In this document: positions 53,883-61,932 of the stretch, piece after piece
How the letters are laid out: each line of letters opens with the position of its first letter
How positions within the stretch are numbered: the first letter of the stretch is position 1
Source of the DNA: an uncultured Bacilli bacterium
Lineage (GTDB): Bacteria > Bacillota_I > Bacilli_A > RF39 > UBA660
DNA length: 61,932 bases
Direction: 5' to 3'
Assembly: GCA_944358795.1 (NCBI GenBank)
Contig: CALVRW010000015.1
Coordinates: 1 to 61,932, forward strand
Position numbers and translations under genes: made by a program
The notes under the pieces: model-generated
The model's database searches: none
The model's input: the letters and a program-made list of their open reading frames with translations, nothing else
Told to the model about the DNA's origin: nothing

Positions 53883-55955
53883 TTAATTTCCTCCATTTTT
53901 CTTAATGATTTCATCAGCAATGTTTTTTGGTGTTTCTTCATAGTGATCAAATACCATAGTAAAGTTTCCTCTACCTTGTGTATTACTACGTAAACTTGTT
54001 GCATAACCAAACATTTCTGATAGTGGTACCATTGCATCAATTGCAAGGGCATTTCCACGTGATTCTTGTCCTAGTGGACGTCCACGACGAGAAGTAATAT
54101 CTCCCATAACGTTTCCTAGGTATTCATCAGGTACGATTACTTGAACTTTCATAATTGGTTCTAGTAATACTGGTTTACATTTATTTTTTGCTTCTTTTAA
54201 AGCTAAACTTGCAGCAACTTTGAATGCCATTTCACTAGAGTCTACATCGTGGTAAGAACCATCGAATAATGTTGCTTTTACGTCTACCATAGGGTATCCA
54301 GCAAGTACTCCAGTTTTCATTGCATCTTGAAGACCTTTATCAGTTACTGGAATATATTCACGAGGAACTACTCCACCAACAACTGCATCAACGAATTCAT
54401 AACCCTTATCTGGATTTGGTTCAAATTTGATCCATACATGTCCATATTGTCCACGTCCACCAGATTGTTTAATGTATTTTCCTTCACATTCTGCAGCTTG
54501 TGTAATTGTTTCACGATAAGATACTTGAGGTTGACCAATATTTGCTTCAACACCAAATTCTCTTTTCATACGGTCTACAATAATGTCTAAGTGAAGTTCA
54601 CCCATACCTGCGATAATTGTTTGACCAGTTTCATGGTTTGTACTTGCTCTAAATGTTGGATCTTCTTCACTTAATTTTTGTAAAGCGATTCCCATTTTGT
54701 CTTGATCCCCTTTAGATTTAGGTTCAATTGCAAGTTCGATAACTGGTTCTGAGAATACCATTGATTCTAGAATGATTGGATTCTTTTCATCACATAAAGT
54801 ATCTCCAGTTGTCGTGTTTTTAAGTCCTACAGCAGCAGCAATGTCTCCTGTATATACTTCACTAATTTCTGTACGATTATTCGCATGCATTTGTAAGATA
54901 CGTCCAATACGTTCTTTCGCATCTTTATTAGAATTTAATACATAAGATCCACTCTTTAAATGTCCTGAGTAAACACGGAAGAATGTTAATCTTCCAACGA
55001 ATGGGTCTGTCATTACTTTGAATGCTAATGCACTAAATGGTTCAGAATCTGATGGATGACGAACAATATCATCACCATGTAAATCTGTTCCTTTTACTGA
55101 TTCAATATCAGTTGGTGCTGGTAAGTAATCAATTACCGCATCAAGTAATAATTTAACTCCAGTATTTCCTAATGCAGTTCCACACATAACTGGGAAGAAC
55201 TTAACATCAAGTGTTCCACGGCGAATTGCACGTTTTAACATATCTACTGGGATTTCTTCTCCCTCTAAGTAAAGATTCATTAATTCATCGTCAAATTCAG
55301 CAACTGCTTCAATTAATTCAGCACGTTTTTCTAAAACGATGTCTTTATGATCTGCTGGGATTTCAATTTCTTCAGCATTTTCTGCTTGTTCTCTATCATA
55401 GTGATAACATTTTAATGTTACTAAGTCTACGATTGTTTTGAATTCACTTTCAGCACCGATTGGCCATTCAATTGGAGCATAGTTTACTCCTAAACGGTCT
55501 TTAATCGTTGTTAAGCAATATTCAAAATCTGCTCCCATTTTATCCATCTTATTACAGAAGATAATACGAGGTACTTTGAATTCATCAGCTTGACGCCATA
55601 CAGTTTCTGTTTGTGGTTCTACTCCAGCTTGTGTATCTAAAAGAGCAACTGCTCCGTCTAGTACACGAAGTGAACGAGAAACTTCTACTGTAAAGTCTAC
55701 GTGACCTGGAGTATCGATAATATTTAAACGATATCCTTTCCAATAAGCAGTAGTAGCGGCTGACGTAATCGTGATTCCACGTTCTTGTTCTTGTTCCATC
55801 CAGTCCATAGTACCTTCACCATCATGAGTTTCCCCAATCTTGTGAATTTTACCAGTATGGAATAAGATACGTTCTGAACAAGTTGTTTTTCCGGCATCGA
55901 TGTGAGCCATGATACCGAAGTTACGTGTATTTTCTAAACTATATTCACGAGCCAT
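53883..55955 (-). CDS. fusA: elongation factor G
   Basis: [17 protein letters not shown] and NKMD. 690 aa. Confidence 0.97.
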   Translation of the reverse strand: MAREYSLENTRNFGIMAHIDAGKTTCSERILFHTGKIHKIGETHDGEGTMDWMEQEQERGITITSAATTAYWKGYRLNIIDTPGHVDFTVEVSRSLRVLDGAVALLDTQAGVEPQTETVWRQADEFKVPRIIFCNKMDKMGADFEYCLTTIKDRLGVNYAPIEWPIGAESEFKTIVDLVTLKCYHYDREQAENAEEIEIPADHKDIVLEKRAELIEAVAEFDDELMNLYLEGEEIPVDMLKRAIRRGTLDVKFFPVMCGTALGNTGVKLLLDAVIDYLPAPTDIESVKGTDLHGDDIVRHPSDSEPFSALAFKVMTDPFVGRLTFFRVYSGHLKSGSYVLNSNKDAKERIGRILQMHANNRTEISEVYTGDIAAAVGLKNTTTGDTLCDEKNPIILESMVFSEPVIELAIEPKSKGDQDKMGIALQKLSEEDPTFRASTNHETGQTIIAGMGELHLDIIVDRMKREFGVEANIGQPQVSYRETITQAAECEGKYIKQSGGRGQYGHVWIKFEPNPDKGYEFVDAVVGGVVPREYIPVTDKGLQDAMKTGVLAGYPMVDVKATLFDGSYHDVDSSEMAFKVAASLALKEAKNKCKPVLLEPIMKVQVIVPDEYLGNVMGDITSRRGRPLGQESRGNALAIDAMVPLSEMFGYATSLRSNTQGRGNFTMVFDHYEETPKNIADEIIKKNGGN

Positions 55956-55982
55956 ATTCTCTATTTCCTTTCTTAAATCTGA

Positions 55983-56450
55983 TTACCAACGGTAATGAGC
56001 AAATGCTTTATTTGCTTCTGCCATTCTGTGAGTATCTTCACGTTTTTTAACAGCTCCACCGATTCCGTTACTAGCATCAACGATTTCGTTTGCTAATTTT
56101 TCAGCCATAGAATGACCTCCACGGTTACGAGCATTTTCTTTTAACCAACGAAGTGCTAAAGTTTGAGCTTCATCTGCTCTAACTTCCATCGGTACTTGGT
56201 AGTTTGCTCCACCAACACGACGAGTTTTAATCTTTAACGCTGGTTTGATGTTTTCCATAGCAGCTTCAAAAACTTCCATTGGATCTTTATTTGTTTTTTC
56301 TTTCACCATATCGAATGCATTATATACAATCGTTTGTGCTTTTCCTTTTTTACCATCTAACATAATTGTATTAATTAATTTTGTAACAACTTTAGAATTG
56401 TAAATAGGATCTGCTAAAACATCTCTTTTTACTGCACGATTTTTACGCAT
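55983..56450 (-). CDS. rpsG: 30S ribosomal protein S7
   Basis: Classic S7 sequence in str-operon order. Confidence 0.97.
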   Translation of the reverse strand: MRKNRAVKRDVLADPIYNSKVVTKLINTIMLDGKKGKAQTIVYNAFDMVKEKTNKDPMEVFEAAMENIKPALKIKTRRVGGANYQVPMEVRADEAQTLALRWLKENARNRGGHSMAEKLANEIVDASNGIGGAVKKREDTHRMAEANKAFAHYRW

Positions 56451-56484
56451 AGGTTTCTCCTTTCTTTTTTATTTTAAACAGTGA

Positions 56485-56901
56485 TTATTTTTTCTTTGGT
56501 TTTTTAGTACCGTATTTACTACGACCTTGACGACGAGCATCAACACCAGCCGTATCTAATGTACCACGAATAATATGGTAACGAACTCCGACTAAGTCCT
56601 TAACACGTCCTCCACGAATTAATACAACACTGTGTTCTTGTAAGTTATGTCCTTCTCCAGGAATATAAGCAGTTACTTCCATGTTATTACTTAATCTAAC
56701 ACGAGCATATTTACGTAACGCTGAGTTTGGTTTCTTTGGTGTCATTGTACCAACACGAGTACATACTCCACGTTTTTGTGGTGCATTTAAACTAGTATAT
56801 TTCTTTTCTTTACTGTTAAATCCAATTCCAAGTACTGGTGCTTTACTTTTTCTAGTCTTGTTGCTTCTACCTTTTCTTACTAATTGATTAATTGTAGGCA
56901 T
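56485..56901 (-). CDS. rpsL: 30S ribosomal protein S12
   Basis: [12 protein letters not shown]...[10 protein letters not shown]. Confidence 0.97.
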   Translation of the reverse strand: MPTINQLVRKGRSNKTRKSKAPVLGIGFNSKEKKYTSLNAPQKRGVCTRVGTMTPKKPNSALRKYARVRLSNNMEVTAYIPGEGHNLQEHSVVLIRGGRVKDLVGVRYHIIRGTLDTAGVDARRQGRSKYGTKKPKKK

Positions 56902-57058
56902 TTCGTATCCTCCTCTCCACTACACACATCCAGGTGTTTCACATTTTCCCTTAATTAAAGATTTACCTAAGTAAACCTTAATTAAATGCAATAATAATAT
57001 ACCACTTAATCCTATGTGTGTCAATATAAAATAGACGATTTTTCAAACGAAAAAGAAG

Positions 57059-57526
57059 TTAGTTTCCACTTACTTCTTTCGTTACATCATACCCTTTTGT
57101 TTCATAGATTGTTCCACATCTTAAATAAGTTGTATAATTCTCATTTAATTTATCATATTCTACATATCCTAAGCAATCCACATTCGAATCTTCCACAGAA
57201 TAAATAGTAGGAATATATTCATTTTGAATCAGTGTTGGTAATGTAACAAACTCTATATCATTTGTTGTACTATTTACTTTAAAATATGGAATACTTTTTT
57301 CTGCAATCTTATCTTCTAACTCTTGATAAGTACTAGTTTCAATTGTTCCTGACTCTTCTAACTTTTCTGGATCTTCTGCTGTATAATCAATTGCTGGAAT
57401 ATCAGAAGATATACTTGGATGTTCTGTTTCTAATTGATGATATAAAACAGACACAATTGTAATCGATAGTAATAGAACAAAGATAAATGCGATTACATCT
57501 ACTTGCCCAAATCCCTTTTCATTCAT
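57059..57526 (-). CDS. pilin-like small protein with atypical N-terminus
   Basis: MNEKG|FGQVDVIAFIFVLLLSITIV has a prepilin-like leader with Asp instead of Glu at +5. A C-terminal Cys pair is present. Confidence 0.5.
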   Translation of the reverse strand: MNEKGFGQVDVIAFIFVLLLSITIVSVLYHQLETEHPSISSDIPAIDYTAEDPEKLEESGTIETSTYQELEDKIAEKSIPYFKVNSTTNDIEFVTLPTLIQNEYIPTIYSVEDSNVDCLGYVEYDKLNENYTTYLRCGTIYETKGYDVTKEVSGN

Positions 57527-57540
57527 TTTATCACCTTCTT

Positions 57541-58200
57541 TTAGAATAGTTCATTTTCTTCTTCAATTTCTTTTAAACGATATAACTTCGCAGGTCTTCC
57601 TGTTGTACCTTCTGTCTTGTAACCTGTTTCCTCAATTAAATCATTCTGCATAAAACGTTTTCTAAAATTACGTCTATCTAAAGGATGTCCCAATGCTGAT
57701 TCATACACACGTTGCATTTCTGGTAAAGAGAAATCACTTGGAAATAGATATTTTAATCCTATTTTATTCATTAATAATGTTTGTAATTGCTCGATCGATG
57801 ACTCAATGATTTCTAAGTTATCAAATCCAACTTTTGGTAGATTGCGAATTGGAAACCAGTCTAATTCTTCTTTCGAAATTTCTTTCTGTTTCAACTCTAC
57901 TGTCTTACTATCTACTAAACAAACATGATTAATTCCAATAACACGTTTTTCTACTTTACGATCTACAGCACTAAACGTATTCCCTTCTTTAATAAACGTT
58001 ACTGGAAGCCCAGCTTGTTCTTCTAAACAAGAAGAAATCGTTTCTTCCAAAGAAATATCTTTCTTAATCATTTTACTAGGTAAAATCCAATACCCCTTAT
58101 ATGGTTCTTTTTTATTTTTTTGAAGTAATACACAAATCTCACTATTCATAACAGTAAAAATTGTTGCGATTGCTTCAACATAATTCAGCTCACCTTTCAT
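57541..58200 (-). CDS. Nudix-fold protein with C-terminal winged helix (NrtR-like regulator)
   Basis: I prefer the start MKGELNY (RBS AAAGGAGAtaat). It has a Nudix-like fold without a clean GX5EX7REUXEE box. C-terminus: FSLPEMQRVYESALGHPLDRRNFRKRF...GRPAKLYR. Confidence 0.65.
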   Translation of the reverse strand: MKGELNYVEAIATIFTVMNSEICVLLQKNKKEPYKGYWILPSKMIKKDISLEETISSCLEEQAGLPVTFIKEGNTFSAVDRKVEKRVIGINHVCLVDSKTVELKQKEISKEELDWFPIRNLPKVGFDNLEIIESSIEQLQTLLMNKIGLKYLFPSDFSLPEMQRVYESALGHPLDRRNFRKRFMQNDLIEETGYKTEGTTGRPAKLYRLKEIEEENELF

Positions 58201-58294
58201 ATTATCTCCTTTGTGTTCTAAATACACGGACTATTATAAAATCTTTTACCCGGTTTGTCAAGTAGAAATGACAGGTTACCACGAAGTTATAAAA

Positions 58295-58323
58295 CCACAA
58301 CTTGCAAGCAAGTTGTGGTTTTT
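58295..58323. terminator. hairpin terminator downstream of paralog B
   Basis: CCACAACTTGC-aa-GCAAGTTGTGG, flanked by an A-run and a T-run. Confidence 0.55.
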
Positions 58324-58390
58324 CCTTTCGTTATCCTTATTTTACAAATTACTTCTATATCTTCTTTTCCTTATTCTTTCTTCTAAGAGA

Positions 58391-58406
58391 TAGTCGCTAG
58401 CGACTA
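58391..58406. repeat. perfect 16-nt palindrome TAGTCGCTAGCGACTA containing the stop codon of paralog B
   Basis: Read directly from the sequence. It forms a 6-bp stem plus a CTAG loop, and TAG occurs in all three frames on both strands. Confidence 0.9.
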
Positions 58407-59942
58407 GTTGCTGACCACGACACCACGAGCCGAGACGACACTGTCCCCGCTACCGCTGTAGTGGAACGAGGAGAACACACCCGCGTTCGAATTAACGATG
58501 CAGTGACCACCGCGGTACACCCAAGGGTAGGACGAGAGAGGCATATATCCGTAATCATCATACCAATGTTCATATGATGAAACGTAAACTTCTTTCATCG
58601 CATCTCCTAATTTACTAATACTATGATTACTATTACTTGTATTATAATCATATTGGTCATAATATTTACTATCTGGGGCACTCGTAAATCCACTAGTTGC
58701 CGTGTTAAAACTTCCATCTTGTTTTTTACTATTTGCCATTACATATTCATAAGCTCCTCCACTCATATCAAAGATTCCAGTAATGTTCCCTGTCGTACTT
58801 TGATTATACGTTCCATTTCCTTTACTTCCGTAGGCATTTTTACAAGTGCTTGTACTACTTTCACTAGCACTATCTGCTCCACACCCGGTTGTAAAATTAC
58901 TATTGTTGTTTAGAATAACTTCTCCATTTTTTCCATATTTACTATGTGATAGGTACGCAACTGCTCCCCATTCACTATTTTTCATCATATGGCTATCATA
59001 ACTGTTTAATCCATAATTACTTCCCATACTTTGAATAATATTGAAGAATGAACTGATATTTTGATTTCTTAAGGAAGTTAAATTTGGTTTGATGGTTGGA
59101 CTTGATGATGTTCCTGTCATCTCAAATTTTCCTACCCACATTCCTGATAATTCTGTACTACCAAACGTAAATGCCGGATGCGTTAACCATTCTCCATTTT
59201 TGGTTCCTCTACTTTTTGGAGTACTCTTACTTTCAAATTCGATTTTAATTTCTTGTGGCTCGGATGCATCCCCATCTACATTCCATAATTGATATTTATA
59301 CCTTGGTATCCATACATAGTAAGCTAAGATATCTGATTCTGTGATTGCTGTACCAGCACTTGCATTTTTATACTTGTCTCTTGAATCATTTGTTACTGCT
59401 ACAGCATTGGCCCATTTCTTTTGATCGTAATCATACCAATCACCATTAACATCTGCTTTTACTGTTTTTCCATTACTATCAAATGTTACTGGGATCATTC
59501 CATCTTGGATTACTGGGGATCCATCATTACTACTTCCTCCTCCAGTTACACAATCTTTTTCTGTTTTCTTGCTTTCATCGATTGTCACTTCTTCTGTATC
59601 ATAATCTTTTACAACACAATATCCATTAATCCAAGCACGAAGTTGTGTTTTCATTTCTTTATCTATATCAAGTGTAAATTTGGTTGGTTTCGTTCCTTTC
59701 ATTGGTAGGTTACTACCTTCATCATAATGAAATGGTGGATTAACACTTTCAATTCCTTCGGTTGCTGCTTTTAATTCTCCAGCTTTTATCACACTATATC
59801 CTGCATCTCTTGCTGCACTTTTCTTCGCATCATTAATCACATTCATAATAAGTGGTGTTGCGATTAGTGCGATAACTGCTAATATAACGATAACCGCAAG
59901 TAACTCTATTAACGTAAATCCTTGATATGTTTTTTCCTTCAT
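58404..59942 (-). CDS. type IV pilin-like protein with C-type-lectin/FGE-sulfatase-like domain (paralog B) carrying a DGR-type variable-region-like tail
   Basis: I prefer the start MKEKTYQG|FTLIELLAV. It is colinear with paralog A except for the last 44 codons. Confidence 0.8.
   Translation of the reverse strand: MKEKTYQGFTLIELLAVIVILAVIALIATPLIMNVINDAKKSAARDAGYSVIKAGELKAATEGIESVNPPFHYDEGSNLPMKGTKPTKFTLDIDKEMKTQLRAWINGYCVVKDYDTEEVTIDESKKTEKDCVTGGGSSNDGSPVIQDGMIPVTFDSNGKTVKADVNGDWYDYDQKKWANAVAVTNDSRDKYKNASAGTAITESDILAYYVWIPRYKYQLWNVDGDASEPQEIKIEFESKSTPKSRGTKNGEWLTHPAFTFGSTELSGMWVGKFEMTGTSSSPTIKPNLTSLRNQNISSFFNIIQSMGSNYGLNSYDSHMMKNSEWGAVAYLSHSKYGKNGEVILNNNSNFTTGCGADSASESSTSTCKNAYGSKGNGTYNQSTTGNITGIFDMSGGAYEYVMANSKKQDGSFNTATSGFTSAPDSKYYDQYDYNTSNSNHSISKLGDAMKEVYVSSYEHWYDDYGYMPLSSYPWVYRGGHCIVNSNAGVFSSFHYSGSGDSVVSARGVVVSN
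58407..58538 (-). other. candidate DGR variable region (VR)
   Basis: 132 nt at ~60% GC (hand count 79/132). Only 17 A on the coding strand, none at codon position 3. 23/44 codons are NNC. It contains GCGGGTGTGTTC, which I recall as typical of lectin-type DGR repeats. Confidence 0.6.
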
Positions 59943-59972
59943 TCTTTTATTCACTCCTTCTATTCTATTAGT

Positions 59973-60001
59973 AGTATACCATTTTTCGGGTACACCATCA
60001 A
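59973..60001 (-). promoter_or_regulatory. promoter of paralog B
   Basis: Minus strand reads TTGATG, a 17-nt spacer, then extended -10 TGgTATACT. Confidence 0.45.
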
Positions 60002-60245
60002 TATACTTTTTTCGACAAATTTTTTAGAAAAATCACTTCCTTTAATTATCTCTTTTTCATACAAAAAATAGGAGGAGGGCTAAATCGCCCCCCCTATTTT
60101 TGCATTTTGCTAACCAATTTAAATCATACTGCTAGCAATATAAATGAGAAGAACTACTTTTCTACTCTAAAAAAAGTATATCATGTATACTTTAAGATGT
60201 AAATCAATGAAAGAAGATCTCATTGATTTATGATATAATATCTTA

Positions 60246-60425
60246 TTCTTTCGTATAAGAGAGAATAAAATATTGTGTTTGAGTTTGGGCAGAGTATATC
60301 AGGGGTCTTTGAATCCATAAAAATGACTGCCCGTCTCTTATCTTATTATTAATCTAGTCTTAGAAAGTGGGGTCTTGTATCCATATAACCAGCATGATGA
60401 GATAATTGTAAGCTCTAAGAGTCAA
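60246..60425 (+). ncRNA. candidate IS110 bridge-RNA-like ncRNA
   Basis: Extended -10 TGaTATAAT at 60231-60239. There are two stem-closed loops: GGGCAG 60287-60292 / CTGCCC 60327-60332, and TCTTAGA 60358-60364 / TCTAAGA 60414-60420. Each holds a copy of GGGGTCTT(T)G(A)ATCCATA (60302-60319, 60369-60385). Confidence 0.45.
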
Positions 60426-60445
60426 ACAATGAAAGGAAGTATTAT

Positions 60446-61648
60446 ATGAAGTATGTTTTAGTACTAGACATTGCTAAAGGTAAAAGTATGTTTATGTTAT
60501 CTAGTGATGATGGTGAAATTTTATTAGAACCTACAGAATACGCACATAATAAATCTAATTTTGAATTTATTAATTCTTGTATTCATAAACTAAATATCAA
60601 AGATAATTTAACTGTTGTTATGGAAGCAACTAGTATCTATCACAAAGCACCAGAAAGATTTTTTAAAGAAAATAATTATCATGTTATTGTCTTTAATCCT
60701 CTTATTGGTAAAGAAATTACGAACACTATCAGAAAAACAAAAACTGATAAACAAGACTGCATTAAATTAACTAATTTATTTTGGAAAGGTAGTATTCCAA
60801 ATAGAATTTATAAAGAAGATGAGATTTATACCAATCTTAATGAATTATCTAGACATTATTATCATTTAGACGAAGGTTTAACTAGACATAAGAATCGTTA
60901 TAAAGAATTATTACATCTTTGTTTTCCAGAATTCGAATTGTGTTTTAAAGATGGAAAAATATATGATTTAACTGCTTTAAACTTTATCAAAGAGTTTCCA
61001 CACGCTTATATTATTAAAGAAAAAAGAGTTGATGCTCTTGCTTACAATATGGCTAATACAAATGGTAGACATATCAACTATTATAAGAGAAAAGCTAATA
61101 CGATTAAGGAATATGCCCAAAATTCTTATCCAGGAGTAAGTAAGAATTCTAAAGATGTTGATAATCTTAAACAATTAACCGATATCATTATTGATATTTC
61201 TAAACAAAAAGATAATGTCAAAAACCAAATGATTGAACTTGCCAAACAAACTAAACATTTCGAATGCATTGTTTCGATATTTGGTATTGGAGAATTATCC
61301 ACCTCTTTAATTATCGCTGAATTAAAAGATATTACTAGATTCAATAATGTTAAACAAATTAATGCTAGTTGTGGATTAGATCCTACTATAATTCAATCAG
61401 GTAAAAGTATAAATTATCATGGTCCAATTTCCAAAAGAGGAAATAGATACGCTAGAAAAATATTATTTAATTGTAGTCGAAATATTGTAACTATATCAGC
61501 TAAATGTGATAAAGAAAATCCAATTTATGTTTATTATCAAAAGAAAAAACAGGAAGGTAAACATTACTATGCTTGTTTAACTGCCTGTTCCACTAAATTA
61601 ATTAGAATTATTTATGCGTTGTGCATAAATAACTCAACCCAAAATTAG
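60446..61648 (+). CDS. IS110-family transposase/recombinase
   Basis: LDIAKGKS...MEATSIYH...NP...KTDKQD (DEDD RuvC-like domain). The C-terminal Tnp domain reads IFGIGELSTSLIIAELKDITRF...GLDPTIIQSGKS...ISKRGNRYARK. Confidence 0.9.
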   Translation: MKYVLVLDIAKGKSMFMLSSDDGEILLEPTEYAHNKSNFEFINSCIHKLNIKDNLTVVMEATSIYHKAPERFFKENNYHVIVFNPLIGKEITNTIRKTKTDKQDCIKLTNLFWKGSIPNRIYKEDEIYTNLNELSRHYYHLDEGLTRHKNRYKELLHLCFPEFELCFKDGKIYDLTALNFIKEFPHAYIIKEKRVDALAYNMANTNGRHINYYKRKANTIKEYAQNSYPGVSKNSKDVDNLKQLTDIIIDISKQKDNVKNQMIELAKQTKHFECIVSIFGIGELSTSLIIAELKDITRFNNVKQINASCGLDPTIIQSGKSINYHGPISKRGNRYARKILFNCSRNIVTISAKCDKENPIYVYYQKKKQEGKHYYACLTACSTKLIRIIYALCINNSTQN

Positions 61649-61932
61649 TTTAGCATTTTATTTAAAATATATCAACTTTTTAACACCAAATTTTAAAAAA
61701 AATAATCACTTTTGGTGTTTTAAGGCGTGGTGTAAACTACAGTTTCAGGCAAAATCACAACTTTTTAAGAAATTTACAAAAACTACTTGTAAAAACTTAG
61801 AAAGTCATAAATAAAAGAAAGTTTTGGGAGATTAAAAAAATTAGACATCTTTTTGTCTAATTTTTTTAAGATAAAATTTAGTTTGCTTCGTTGATCTCTT
61901 CTAAAATTTTTTGGCGAAAAGAATAAAAGTCA

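Larger units (their letters stand above)
60220..61700 (+). mobile_element. IS110-family insertion sequence (ends approximate)
   Basis: DEDD/Tnp recombinase ORF plus ~200 nt of structured 5' non-coding sequence. No terminal inverted repeats, as expected for this family. Boundaries are not determined. Confidence 0.45.

Noticed and set aside
58391-58406. The palindrome TAGTCGCTAGCGACTA as an engineered six-frame stop or NheI cloning scar.
   Set aside because: It does contain GCTAGC and a TAG in all six frames, so an artificial origin cannot be formally excluded. However, it sits exactly where DGR targets carry a post-VR hairpin. It is flanked by natural-looking sequence and by a separate terminator at 58295-58323. 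I keep it as a natural hairpin pending genome-wide evidence.

Overview
This is an AT-rich (about 30% GC by eye) Firmicutes-type chromosomal window, transcribed almost entirely on the minus strand. The backbone is housekeeping: rpsL-rpsG-fusA-tuf, eno, murD, a T-box-controlled leuS, obg, radC-mreC-mreD-(spoIVFA/spoIVFB-like)-rplU-prp-rpmA, rnhB, topA and rimM-trmD-rplS-lepB. A SleC-like cortex lytic enzyme and the SpoIVFA/FB-like pair suggest a spore former (inference).

The accessory content is more interesting:
1. A family of type IV pilin-like proteins (G|FTLIELL N-termini) is fused to large lectin-like or glycine-rich heads (6275-7939, 44827-47964, 57059-57526, 58404-59942). One paralog ends in an abrupt ~130-nt, ~60% GC, adenine-poor, NNC-codon-rich tail followed by a perfect palindrome. 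This is the signature of a diversity-generating retroelement (DGR) variable region, but no RT or template repeat is in the window.
2. A 4.57-kb element (32438-37006) carries a large serine recombinase and a multi-repeat HNH protein. It splits a PG-binding/LysM gene next to the sleC-like gene. Both junctions are readable, and they reconstruct an in-frame gene plus an almost perfect palindromic attP around a CC dinucleotide.
3. An IS110-family insertion has a candidate bridge-RNA-like structured 5' non-coding region.
4. A decayed island (17.05-20.6 kb) holds a RhuM-Fic pseudogene, an rnhB-paralog pseudogene and a truncated Mob/Pre relaxase.

I saw no rRNA genes, tRNA genes or CRISPR arrays. All homology calls come from reading motifs by eye; no searches were run.
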